Shown: piece after piece, positions 30,015-39,794 of the stretch | Position numbering within the stretch: the stretch's first letter is position 1 | How the letters are laid out: each line of letters opens with the position of its first letter | From: Candidatus Falkowbacteria bacterium RIFOXYC2_FULL_36_12 | GTDB taxonomy: Bacteria; Patescibacteriota; Patescibacteriia; UBA11705 | Assembly: GCA_001778235.1 (NCBI GenBank) | Contig: MFGJ01000008.1 | Span: 61,313-125,312, forward strand | DNA length: 64,000 bases | Direction of reading: 5' to 3' | Position numbers and translations under genes: made by a program | Notes under the pieces: model-generated | What the model was told of the DNA's origin: nothing | What the model saw: the letters and a program-made list of their open reading frames with translations, nothing else | Database searches by the model: none

Positions 30015-31745
30015 TTATTTTTTATTTTGAAATATTGACTCATCAAATCCTAATTTTTTTTTATATTCTTCAGCCGCCACAACATTTGCAGCTTTGAGCA
30101 AAGATTCAAAAGTCCCCGTATCAAGCCATCTGCCATTCACCATTCGGACATCAAGTTCATTCATCCCTCGATACGCATTCATCACCTCTGTAATATCTGT
30201 TTCAGGTCTCCATGTCGGTTTAATTCCTTTGGCAATATTACAAACTCGACTGTCAAAAATATAAATTCCTGGAATAGCATAATTACTTTTGGGATTTTGT
30301 GGTTTTTCTTCAATTGAAACCACTCTCATATTCGTATCAAATTCAACAACCCCAAATCTCTGTGGGTCAGGCACATCAACCGCAAAAATTCTGCCACCTT
30401 TTTCAAAACTTTGTATATCCTGAACAAAATCATGGTCAAAAAACAAATTATCACCCAATATCAAAGTCACATTATCATCACCAATAAAATTCTCTCCAAT
30501 TATAAATGCCTCTGGCAATCCTTTTGGTTCATCCTGAATTTCATATGAAATTTTTACTCCGAGATCCTTGCCCGAACCAAGCAATTGCAGGAATTGTCCA
30601 GCATAATCAGGTGCAACAATTATCAAAATATCTTTTATCCCAGCCTTAATTAAAGTTTCAAGCGGATACATGATCATTGGTTTATCATATACTGGTAACA
30701 ATTGTTTGCTGGTAATTTTTGTTAATGGCTTCAATCGTGTCCCCTTTCCTCCTGCGAGAATAATTCCTTTCATAACTTTATTATCACTTGTAATATTTAT
30801 TATACCACCTTTTTCAGCCTCCTGCTCATTTTTATCAATAATTTGTTCAACCTCTTTCAATTCTTTTACCTTTCCAACCTCTCCCTGTTTTTTCGTTTCT
30901 CCCATTTCTCCCTCTAACAAATATTCCTTCAAAGCTTCCTGCCAATTTCTCATCATTGGCATTTTTTCATTAATTAATACAGAATATCTTGGTCTGCGTG
31001 CTGGCCTTGGGAACATATCACTTCCCACCCTGCTAAGAACCATTTTCTTGTTCAATACTTTAAAAATTTCTTCAGCCAAACCATACCAAGTACAAGCACC
31101 ATTATTAGCCGCATGGTAAATGCCGTAATCATAATCTCCCTCAACAATTTCCTTTGTTCGATTAGCTACATCCAGAGCATATGTCGGACAACTAAACTCT
31201 TCATCAACCACATCAAGAGAATCTTTTTCTTCTGCCAATTTTCTCATTACATCAACAAAACTCTTTTTTGCTCCAACTGAAAGTGCTGGCTTACCAAACA
31301 ATCTTGATAAGCGAATTATATAATACTTTCCCCCAATTTCCTGCACTGCCAATTCACCCGCTAACTTTGATCTACCATACTCGCTTACAGGATTTGGAAT
31401 ATCTTCTTCTGTATACCCTTTTTCTTTTTCTCCTTCAAAAACATAATCAGTTGAATAATGAACAAACACAATCAAAAGCTCTTTGGCAATCATTGCCAAA
31501 TTCCTTGGACCACCAGCATTTACACTAAAGGCTAATTCTGACATTTCCTCTGCCTCATCTACAGCATTATAGGCCGCAGCATTGATAATCAAATCTGGTT
31601 TTAATAATCTTATTTTTTCATCAACCATTTGATTATCAGTAATATCAATATCCTCCCGATCCCAAAGTATTAAATCATCCCTAGCAAATACCTTGGCTAA
31701 TTCTTGTCCCAACATCCCCTTTGATCCTATTATAAGTGTTTTCAT
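30015..31745 (-). CDS. rfbD-rfbA: Fused dTDP-4-dehydrorhamnose reductase (RmlD) - glucose-1-phosphate thymidylyltransferase (RmlA)
   Basis: N-terminal half: GSKGMLG, NAAAYNAVD, STDYVF, YGRSK. Charged linker. C-terminal half: MKGIILAGGKGTRL, KQLLPVYDKPM, EEKP, WLDTGT. Confidence 0.92.
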   Translation of the reverse strand: MKTLIIGSKGMLGQELAKVFARDDLILWDREDIDITDNQMVDEKIRLLKPDLIINAAAYNAVDEAEEMSELAFSVNAGGPRNLAMIAKELLIVFVHYSTDYVFEGEKEKGYTEEDIPNPVSEYGRSKLAGELAVQEIGGKYYIIRLSRLFGKPALSVGAKKSFVDVMRKLAEEKDSLDVVDEEFSCPTYALDVANRTKEIVEGDYDYGIYHAANNGACTWYGLAEEIFKVLNKKMVLSRVGSDMFPRPARRPRYSVLINEKMPMMRNWQEALKEYLLEGEMGETKKQGEVGKVKELKEVEQIIDKNEQEAEKGGIINITSDNKVMKGIILAGGKGTRLKPLTKITSKQLLPVYDKPMIMYPLETLIKAGIKDILIIVAPDYAGQFLQLLGSGKDLGVKISYEIQDEPKGLPEAFIIGENFIGDDNVTLILGDNLFFDHDFVQDIQSFEKGGRIFAVDVPDPQRFGVVEFDTNMRVVSIEEKPQNPKSNYAIPGIYIFDSRVCNIAKGIKPTWRPETDITEVMNAYRGMNELDVRMVNGRWLDTGTFESLLKAANVVAAEEYKKKLGFDESIFQNKK

Positions 31746-31836
31746 AGTAATTTCAGTTTAGCAAATATTTTTCAAAAGTCAATCACAAAAATACAATTAA
31801 AAAAGAACCTTGTTAAAGATTCTCTATTTTAATTAA

Positions 31837-33030
31837 TTAATAATTAAGATCACCCCTAAGATCACCCCTAAGATCACCACAGATATCTTCACTGATACCA
31901 GGCAGAGATTTGAAAAAATCAGGTAAATTGATTAGCAAAGGAACAACATAGGTATGAAACCACAAATGATAAACCTGCATCATAACAAGAAATCCATTCA
32001 CCCAGCCATCTCTTGTTTCAGTCGGTAAACCACGAAGACGCTCAATCAATCCATCAGCCACAGTCGTACACCTGATCATTGGTTCCAATTTTTCAAGATG
32101 ATGTTTAATATTTTTAAATATAGGCCTTTCCAATTTTGAAACATCTTGAATTGCTGTGATGACAGAATACATCATTTCACGGTATTCATCTCTCAACTTA
32201 ACCATCCTCCCAAAATCATTTCTGCCATAGACTGAATCGTTGGTTTGTGAATCAGCAAACATTTTCATATGTCCAACAAAAGTCGTTGGATCAGCTGGGT
32301 CAATCACCATGTGCGCATCAAAATCAACCTGAAAAAATCCACTTTGCGCATATTCATAATGTTCATTTTCGAAACTCAAAGACAAAAAGTGCCTGACAAA
32401 ATAACTCGGGCCATTGCAGTCAAGCCTGTCAACCCAACGAGTAAACCACACTGCCCAAATTGGTCCTTGATCATCAGTATCAACATAAGGCTGAATAACC
32501 ACTTTTTCACCTGTACTGGTTTCAACTTCAAAATCTCGAGTATAATGAGTATGCGCTGCCACACAATATTCAATCAAAAACTTTTCTTCACGATTTAACC
32601 CTAACTTCTCACCAACTTCTTCAAAAACATAATGCAACAAAATCGCTGCTGCCTCTGCATGCCTGATAACCCTTGATCTTTCCTCATATCTCTGAACAAC
32701 CGCACAACCAATATCATGCAACACTCCAGCAATAAAACCAATAAACACCTGCTTCTGGTCAGCTTTTAGATGAGAAAAAAGTAGCAAAGCATTGACATAA
32801 TCCCGAATCAAATGACCTTTACCATGTCCTGGCTCCATTTTCTGAAAAGAAAAATCAACTTCTGACAAACATTCAAGTACACCCTTCACCACACTGACCG
32901 CTTCGACCAAAGTCAACAAACCTCTTGGACGAACCTCATCAAACAGTCTTCTTGAAAAACCAGTTCTTAATCCTTGGATATATTGTCTTGCCTTTTCATC
33001 TTCAAATCTTTTTGTCAAGTCTTGATACAT
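31837..33030 (-). CDS. HD-domain phosphohydrolase-like protein
   Basis: GHGKGH..RD, LHDIG, RHAE, AHTH, DRLD; own TTGACA-17-TAAGTT promoter and GGAGG SD. Confidence 0.75.
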   Translation of the reverse strand: MYQDLTKRFEDEKARQYIQGLRTGFSRRLFDEVRPRGLLTLVEAVSVVKGVLECLSEVDFSFQKMEPGHGKGHLIRDYVNALLLFSHLKADQKQVFIGFIAGVLHDIGCAVVQRYEERSRVIRHAEAAAILLHYVFEEVGEKLGLNREEKFLIEYCVAAHTHYTRDFEVETSTGEKVVIQPYVDTDDQGPIWAVWFTRWVDRLDCNGPSYFVRHFLSLSFENEHYEYAQSGFFQVDFDAHMVIDPADPTTFVGHMKMFADSQTNDSVYGRNDFGRMVKLRDEYREMMYSVITAIQDVSKLERPIFKNIKHHLEKLEPMIRCTTVADGLIERLRGLPTETRDGWVNGFLVMMQVYHLWFHTYVVPLLINLPDFFKSLPGISEDICGDLRGDLRGDLNY

Positions 33031-33151
33031 TTTCCAGCCTCCTGTCGCTCCTGGGTGGTCAAAGAACCTTTAATAAACTTATTCCAATCTCAAAATTATG
33101 TCAATGAGGTAAATTGATAACCTCAATTCCCTAGATTATAACTATTTGAAT

Positions 33152-34216
33152 CTAAATTTCAATCCCAGAATTTTTTTCATTATTTTCCATATTTTTCTGC
33201 ACAACGACCACATTCTTCCGACCATACTGCTTTTCATAATATTCCAAATACTCACCGCTTTTTACCTTTTTCCACCAATCCTGATTTTCCCTATACCAAT
33301 TAATTGTTTGTTCCATTCCTTCCTCAAAACTTACCCTCGGTTTCCAGCCAAGTTCAGCCATGATTTTATATGGTCGAATAGCATATCTTCGATCATGTCC
33401 CTTACGGTCTTCAACATACTCAACCATTTCTTCACCAACACCCATCTTAGCTAAGATTAAATCCGTGATTTGTCGATTTGTCCTTTCGCTTTGCGCTCCA
33501 ATACAATATGTTTCACCAACTTTTCCTTCATGAATAATCAAATCAACCGCCTCATTATGATCTGAAACATGCACCCAATCTCTCACATTTTTTCCATCTC
33601 CATAGAGAGGTACTTTTTTTCCTTCGATTAAATTTGTAACAAACAAAGGAATCAATTTTTCAGGAAATTGATATGGTCCGTAATTATTTGAACAATTGGA
33701 AACTGTTATTGGTAGACCATGGGTATGATAATATGCGCGAACAAGATGATCTGATGCTGCTTTTGATGATGCATATGGGCTTCGCGGATCATACGGAGTA
33801 TCTTCATGGAATAACCCTTCAGCCCCGAGAGAACCAAAAACTTCATCCGTAGAAATATGATGAAATCTTTTTACATTATTTTTTTTAGCAGCTTCTAAGA
33901 CTGAAAAAGTTCCAACAACATTGGTCAGCACAAAAACATCCGCTTCCATGATTGATCGGTCAACATGCGATTCAGCTGCGAAATGCACAACCACATCAAC
34001 ACCTTTCATTATATAATCCAAAAGTTCTGTATTTAAAATATCTCCACGCACAAATGAATAATTTGGATGAGTTTCCAAATCCTTCAGATTCTCCAAATTA
34101 CCAGCGTAAGTTAATTTATCATAATTAATAACCGCGTAATACGGATATTTTTTCAAAATGTATTTAATAAAATTTGTCCCTATAAATCCTGCCCCCCCAG
34201 TAACTAACATTTTCAT
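33152..34216 (-). CDS. rfbB: dTDP-glucose 4,6-dehydratase
   Basis: TGGAGFIG, HFAAESHVDRSI, STDEV, YASSK, NNYGPYQFPEK, DRKGHDRRY. Confidence 0.98.
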   Translation of the reverse strand: MKMLVTGGAGFIGTNFIKYILKKYPYYAVINYDKLTYAGNLENLKDLETHPNYSFVRGDILNTELLDYIMKGVDVVVHFAAESHVDRSIMEADVFVLTNVVGTFSVLEAAKKNNVKRFHHISTDEVFGSLGAEGLFHEDTPYDPRSPYASSKAASDHLVRAYYHTHGLPITVSNCSNNYGPYQFPEKLIPLFVTNLIEGKKVPLYGDGKNVRDWVHVSDHNEAVDLIIHEGKVGETYCIGAQSERTNRQITDLILAKMGVGEEMVEYVEDRKGHDRRYAIRPYKIMAELGWKPRVSFEEGMEQTINWYRENQDWWKKVKSGEYLEYYEKQYGRKNVVVVQKNMENNEKNSGIEI

Positions 34217-34474
34217 ATACTCCAAATCTACAAATTTTTACCAATATTATTAACAAAGACATTTATAATTTATTGACCTGAAATTAACCATTCCTGTGAT
34301 TTGTAATTTTCATAATATTAGTATATTCGTAACACAATCTTTCTCCCCCCCCTTACCCCAAAGTTCATATAAAGTAAAATCTACTTCTGGGTACAATTAA
34401 TTTAAGGCTTCTATCAACTATACCCCATCAACTCTAATCTATCAACTCTTCTCGCGAACAATTTATTTATTCAA

Positions 34475-35035
34475 TCAAGAGTCTAGCTGAACACTTTTTT
34501 TACTCAAGTACTGTTTCAATCTATAATAAGCAGCAACCGATGGTGCGTCAGTGATTTCATTTCTCGCTATCATATTTTCAAATTCATCCAAGCTTACTTT
34601 TTTCATAGATAAGAACTCCGTATAAGACGGATTTGCACCAGTCTCTTTCAATTTTGTGGCAATATAAATATGGGCATTTTGCGAACTTATGCTATTATCA
34701 TAAAAAAAAGTACCAATTTTATCCCAATTTTCTGCTTCTACTCCGACTTCTTCCAGCAATTCTCTTTTAGCTGAACCAAGCACATCAGAATCATCCGCTT
34801 CCATTGTCCCCATTGGCAACTCCCAAGAAAATTTATGTATAGGATATCTATATTGACCGACAATGTACATCTCATTACTTTCATTGATTGCCGCAATAAT
34901 CACACCAACATTTCTTGATATGTATGTATATTTGCCAATCTGTCCACTCGGCATAATAATATCATCTTGAACCAATCTATACCAAGGATTTTTATGGACT
35001 TCCTGACTTCTAATCGTCTCCCAATGTTCATCCAT
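34475..35035 (-). CDS. Nudix hydrolase (ADP-ribose pyrophosphatase-like)
   Basis: QYRYP, ELPMG......SAKRELLEEVG Nudix box. Confidence 0.92.
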   Translation of the reverse strand: MDEHWETIRSQEVHKNPWYRLVQDDIIMPSGQIGKYTYISRNVGVIIAAINESNEMYIVGQYRYPIHKFSWELPMGTMEADDSDVLGSAKRELLEEVGVEAENWDKIGTFFYDNSISSQNAHIYIATKLKETGANPSYTEFLSMKKVSLDEFENMIARNEITDAPSVAAYYRLKQYLSKKSVQLDS

Positions 35036-35444
35036 ATTTTTCTAAATTATTTCTCAATTGTTCTGTAATTTTTTCGACTTCACCTTCTTTATATTTATTT
35101 CCTTTAAATAAAACATGCCCATCGTTTTCAAATCTTGGCATAATATGAACATGCAAATGATCAACCTCTTGACCGGCAATTTTACCATTATTTATGTTCA
35201 GATTAAATGCTTGAGCTTTTGACACGACTAAAACCTCCGGAATTATTTTTTTGACAGCCAACATTATTTCCAACCACACTTTTTGTGTTGTTTTCTCAAT
35301 ATTGACAAAGTGTTCTTTCGGGATTACCAAAACATGACCCGGGTTTATCGGATTTATATCAAGAAAAGCCATTACACTATCATTTTCATAAACCTTATAA
35401 CAAGGAATTTCTCCTTTTACTATTTTACAAAATAAACAGTCCAT
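35028..35444 (-). CDS. HIT family protein
   Basis: CLFCKI, FLDINP..GHVLVIPK, HLHVHI. Confidence 0.95.
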   Translation of the reverse strand: MDCLFCKIVKGEIPCYKVYENDSVMAFLDINPINPGHVLVIPKEHFVNIEKTTQKVWLEIMLAVKKIIPEVLVVSKAQAFNLNINNGKIAGQEVDHLHVHIMPRFENDGHVLFKGNKYKEGEVEKITEQLRNNLEKYG

Positions 35445-35445
35445 A

Positions 35446-36027
35446 TTATAAACCTCCTGAAATAATACTCAAAATTGCAAAAACCACTGCTAACCATAAA
35501 ACCCATTGAGCCACTACAATCAATATCGGCAGACTAAGCAACAAACCCAAAAATACCAAGGCAATACCACCGACCTGCAGATTAAGCTTTATTTTCCCCC
35601 ACACATTTGCCTTTATATCAAGCTTTGAACCACTGGCTTTCATAATAAGCCCCAATAATATTATAATTGCGTCCAAACCAACAACCAGTACAGCTAAAGG
35701 CAAATTGATTTTCAAAAGAATTATCAAAATTGCCGATCCGATTAATAATTTATCCGCCACAGGATCAAGCACTTTGCCGAGTTCAGTGATCTGATTCCTG
35801 CCTCGAGCCAGTGCCCCATCAAACATGTCAGTCAAAGCCAAAATAATAAATAAAATTAGTCCCAATACATATTGTTCATCCCAAAGTACATAAACCAAAA
35901 ATGGCACACCTATCAGCCTTGTCGTTGATAACATATTTGGCGTCAACCATTTAGGAATAATCGGGAAAAACAGCTTACAAAATGGATCAAAAACATCTTC
36001 AAAAAAACTTTTTGCTTTGACTTTCAT
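35446..36027 (-). CDS. CDP-alcohol phosphatidyltransferase (PgsA-like)
   Basis: TPN.LS..R, TDMFDGALAR...T.LGKVLDPVADK. Confidence 0.9.
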   Translation of the reverse strand: MKVKAKSFFEDVFDPFCKLFFPIIPKWLTPNMLSTTRLIGVPFLVYVLWDEQYVLGLILFIILALTDMFDGALARGRNQITELGKVLDPVADKLLIGSAILIILLKINLPLAVLVVGLDAIIILLGLIMKASGSKLDIKANVWGKIKLNLQVGGIALVFLGLLLSLPILIVVAQWVLWLAVVFAILSIISGGL

Positions 36028-36067
36028 AAACTTATTTTTTACACATAGATAAAATCTATGAATCTTA

Positions 36068-36523
36068 TTATTTATTTTTTGTTGTCCAATCAAATCCAAT
36101 CACTGGATCATCAAAAGAAATTCTTTCTTCATCCGGTTCATCAGGATTATAGGCTTGACTAGTATGATAAAACATTCCAACTTTGTCATTACCGAGTACT
36201 CTGTATCCGTGGGCCACATACGGTGGTATAGCTATCACCATTGGATTATTTTCACCTGAATAAATTACTTGAGTCTGTCCGAAAGTCACTGAATTTTCCC
36301 TCATGTCATGTAATACTACCTGCGCCATTCCCCTTACCACAAACCAAACATCCCACTGCTTCTTGTGCCAATGAAAAGCTTTGATCACTCCGGGATAAGT
36401 TTCCGTGTAACTTGTTTGCTTAACCTCTTGAAAAGTTTCTTCGCCTTCTTTCACTATTTCCTGAAAAAAGCCACGATCATCCGAAAACCTCTTTATTTGT
36501 TTAATTTTTACTCCTTCTATCAT
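36068..36523 (-). CDS. rfbC: dTDP-4-dehydrorhamnose 3,5-epimerase family protein
   Basis: DDRGFF.E, AFHWH, D.RENS.TFG, IPP.VAHGY. Confidence 0.88.
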   Translation of the reverse strand: MIEGVKIKQIKRFSDDRGFFQEIVKEGEETFQEVKQTSYTETYPGVIKAFHWHKKQWDVWFVVRGMAQVVLHDMRENSVTFGQTQVIYSGENNPMVIAIPPYVAHGYRVLGNDKVGMFYHTSQAYNPDEPDEERISFDDPVIGFDWTTKNK

Positions 36524-36532
36524 AAATTAATA

Positions 36533-36946
36533 TCAATGCCCTCCAACAAAAGTATAATGCTTATTTATATTATAATTCCAGAGCAATACAATAAGTACTG
36601 CTACCAATTTTGCCCAGTTATACCACAAACCAACCCATTCAATCAAAATACTCATTATCCCTATATTCAATATTAACCCAATAAAACTAAAAAGCAAGAA
36701 CAACCCATATTGCTTAGCCACTTTTAATCTCTGTTTCTTTCCAAATATCCAATATTTATTCCACAAAAACGAATTGAAATTTGCGATTAGAAATGCCCCA
36801 ATCGCAGAATAATAAACACCCCAATCAGTAAAGAAAATAAAAATATTCAAAAAACTAAAATCAATTATAGAACTTACAATTCCAATTATACTATATTTTA
36901 TAAATTGTTTTGAACAAATAAACTTTTTATCTGAAATATACCTCAT
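36533..36946 (-). CDS. GtrA family protein
   Basis: QFIKY.IIG...IDF, FLWNKYWIF, four TMs. Confidence 0.9.
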   Translation of the reverse strand: MRYISDKKFICSKQFIKYSIIGIVSSIIDFSFLNIFIFFTDWGVYYSAIGAFLIANFNSFLWNKYWIFGKKQRLKVAKQYGLFLLFSFIGLILNIGIMSILIEWVGLWYNWAKLVAVLIVLLWNYNINKHYTFVGGH

Positions 36947-36949
36947 ATT

Positions 36950-38950
36950 TTATCTCACAACCACTTGGATACCAGCTGTGAAGCTAGCTTCATAAGCAAA
37001 AAATTCACTTAATAATTCAACATTTGTTGACCAAATTCTGATGTGCGGTCCACCTGTCTTACCTGGTGCAGTTATAATCTCATCAATACCATCTCCATTA
37101 AAGTCGCCAGTCGCCAATCTCACACCTCCACGAAAATTTTGATTATAGGCAAACAAACTTACTAAGCCTGTCCCATCAAACTCAATCACTCTGACATGAG
37201 GTCCGCCACCTTCACCTGCTCCAGCAACTAGCTCCATTTGACTGTCATTATCAAAATTTCCAGCACCAACATTCACTCCACCTTTAAATGATTGGGTAAA
37301 AGGCTGTATCTTTTTTAATAGCTGTCCTTCATTATTATAAATTTGAATTTCCGCTGAAATTCCTTCTGGTGATCCCACAATAATTTCTTCTCTTTCATCT
37401 CCTTGAACATCTGCCAATACAACATTCAAACCATCACATTCCACTCCATTAAATACTGAAAACTCTTTTTGCAAAGTTCCCTCATAATTAAATATTCGGA
37501 CAACAGACTTTCTCTTTGTTTGAGGTACAACCACATATGCAATATTTCCAGAGCCATCAACCCTGCCAGCAGTTACTTTGACACCTCCGCGAAAATCATT
37601 TTCAAAGGCTAAAAAACTCTCAATTAATTCTTCATCAATTGTCAGCCCACGAACAAATGGTAAATTATCAGGAGCAGATCCTGCCACAATATCTGACAAA
37701 CCATCATTATCCAAATCAGCCATATTAATATTTAAACCCTCAACTCCATCAAAAACTTCAATATCCTTTTGCCAAACAAAATTACCATCATAATTTACAA
37801 TTTTTCCATCTCGACCCTCATCAGGTGCAATAAAAAATTTCAAATCACCTTTCTGTTCATAGTTATTCAAAGTCTCCTTCACTGCTTCACCCGTATTAAG
37901 CAATCCAGCACCATATTTCCCGACCAAAAAACTGTCTTGAAAATCAATTTTAGTTGCAGTTTTTCGTAAAATTGTTAAAACATCATTATTTGATAAATTA
38001 TTATTAATTGATTTCATCAAAGCGATTGTTCCTGAAACCAAAGCAGTTGAAAACGAAGTACCATTAAACCCATCTTGAACATAATTTACTAATTCCGGTC
38101 TTTTTGAACTTTGGAAAACAATACTTATTATATTTTCCCCAGGAGCAGAAATATCAATTACTTCACCATAATTTGAAAAATGAGAAATTCGGTTTGATTG
38201 ATCAGTCGAAGCTACCCCAATGATAGCATTAGTATCCCACTCTTCATCATAACTGACTGGATAAATTTTTTTTTCTTCCAAATCAACTCCGCCATCAATA
38301 TTATTACCTGAAGCCGCTACCACGCTGACATTCTTGTTATTAGCTTTTAAAATTGCTGTGCGTAAACCATATTCTTTTGAATCATAACCACCAAAACTCA
38401 AATTTATAACATCAGCGCCATTATCCACGGCATAGTTTACTGCATCAGCCACAGCTTTAGACCCACCAAAACCAACCGCATTGAGCACAACTAATGGCAT
38501 TATCCTAACTTTTGAAGCAACTCCTTTGATCCCAAAATCATTATCATGTATTGCGGTAATCAATCCTGATAAAATCGTACCATGTTTTACTGCTTCCGAG
38601 TCATAAAAAGAATTAATCTGTGGTTCAACCAGATTATTATCATCCACAAAATTCCAGCCATAGACATCATCTATAAAACCATTATTATCATTATCCAATT
38701 CATCACCTGCAATCTCATCATTATTTTTCCAAATATTATCTTTCAAATCTGGATGATCAATATCTACTCCAGTATCCAATACTGCGACTATTATTTCAGG
38801 TTCTCCTTTTGTTATGTTCCAAGCTTGCTCCGCATTTATTTTACCCAAATACCACTGTTGATCTTCATTCGGATCAGCTGCAACTACACAATTTATTGAT
38901 ACAAACAAAAATAAGACCAAAATAACTAATATTTTCCTTTTTATTTTCAT
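36950..38950 (-). CDS. Secreted S8 subtilisin-like peptidase with C-terminal FG-GAP-like repeats
   Basis: VLDTGVD, HGT, GTSFS triad; repeats of F.GGV....GDFNGDG.DEI...GGPH. Confidence 0.92.
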   Translation of the reverse strand: MKIKRKILVILVLFLFVSINCVVAADPNEDQQWYLGKINAEQAWNITKGEPEIIVAVLDTGVDIDHPDLKDNIWKNNDEIAGDELDNDNNGFIDDVYGWNFVDDNNLVEPQINSFYDSEAVKHGTILSGLITAIHDNDFGIKGVASKVRIMPLVVLNAVGFGGSKAVADAVNYAVDNGADVINLSFGGYDSKEYGLRTAILKANNKNVSVVAASGNNIDGGVDLEEKKIYPVSYDEEWDTNAIIGVASTDQSNRISHFSNYGEVIDISAPGENIISIVFQSSKRPELVNYVQDGFNGTSFSTALVSGTIALMKSINNNLSNNDVLTILRKTATKIDFQDSFLVGKYGAGLLNTGEAVKETLNNYEQKGDLKFFIAPDEGRDGKIVNYDGNFVWQKDIEVFDGVEGLNINMADLDNDGLSDIVAGSAPDNLPFVRGLTIDEELIESFLAFENDFRGGVKVTAGRVDGSGNIAYVVVPQTKRKSVVRIFNYEGTLQKEFSVFNGVECDGLNVVLADVQGDEREEIIVGSPEGISAEIQIYNNEGQLLKKIQPFTQSFKGGVNVGAGNFDNDSQMELVAGAGEGGGPHVRVIEFDGTGLVSLFAYNQNFRGGVRLATGDFNGDGIDEIITAPGKTGGPHIRIWSTNVELLSEFFAYEASFTAGIQVVVR

Positions 38951-39069
38951 ATTTGATTTATAATTTTCTTATTTTAATTATACAGCAAAATTTCCCGAAC
39001 TCCAATCGCTACTTGACATCACAGCATGAATATGATATATTAATCTATACCAGCACAGGGGAGGCAATC

Positions 39070-39651
39070 ATGGCGCCAAAGAAAGTAATTTTTGTTGAAC
39101 CTCTGACTCATTTTGAAATCACTAGCGATATGGCTGCAAGGCTATTTCGCTCAAGAGCCAATGCAATTCTTGCCAAAAACTCGCCTCTAACCAAGTTCAT
39201 TCAAAATCTATTTGATCAAAATTTCATTTCCCAAGATGATCGAGATCAACTTCTAGTCTGGATGGAAAAAACCGACCTTCGACTACGAATTTCGTGCAGC
39301 GCAACCGAATTAGTACAAAATGAATTAACCACAATCGGATTTCAGCAAATTATCGATGATGAACTTCAAGACTGGCACCAAATGTCCGAAAAAGAACTGC
39401 GAGATTGGGGAGATCATAACTTAATTGTTTTCAGACAAAGACTATGCAAGCACTGGCCGATTGAAATCAGTAATGTCAGAGCAATTAATAAAATGGCTGC
39501 ATTTACGACCAGACAACACGCTTCCAACTTTTTTGCTCCTTCAATGCAAATTTTCTTTGATGCCTTGGTAATTTGTTTTCTTGTTGCAAGAATGCAAAAA
39601 GCCATTGAACTGGCTGAAGATGTTACCGCTTGGGCAGTAGAATTGATCTAA
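39070..39651 (+). CDS. Hypothetical protein (orphan, own promoter and SD)
   Basis: TTGACA(39013)-17-TATATT promoter, GGGGAGG SD before ATG at 39070, terminator at 39665-39696. Confidence 0.7.
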   Translation: MAPKKVIFVEPLTHFEITSDMAARLFRSRANAILAKNSPLTKFIQNLFDQNFISQDDRDQLLVWMEKTDLRLRISCSATELVQNELTTIGFQQIIDDELQDWHQMSEKELRDWGDHNLIVFRQRLCKHWPIEISNVRAINKMAAFTTRQHASNFFAPSMQIFFDALVICFLVARMQKAIELAEDVTAWAVELI

Positions 39652-39794
39652 AAAATTTAAACTCAAAACGCTGGAAAACCTTCCAAGCGTTTTTTTGTTT
39701 AATGAAATCAATATTCTCTAACCTTTATTCTTTGTTCTTCTTACTCGCTTGCCCTGAAGTGATTCAGAACATCTACTTCAAGGCTGTACTCGCT

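Noticed and set aside
34405-34450. Short CTATCAACT-type repeats (also TTTTGTAA at ~22700 and ATCT/TTCTC runs at ~60710)
   Set aside because: Low-complexity intergenic microrepeats with no supportable function.
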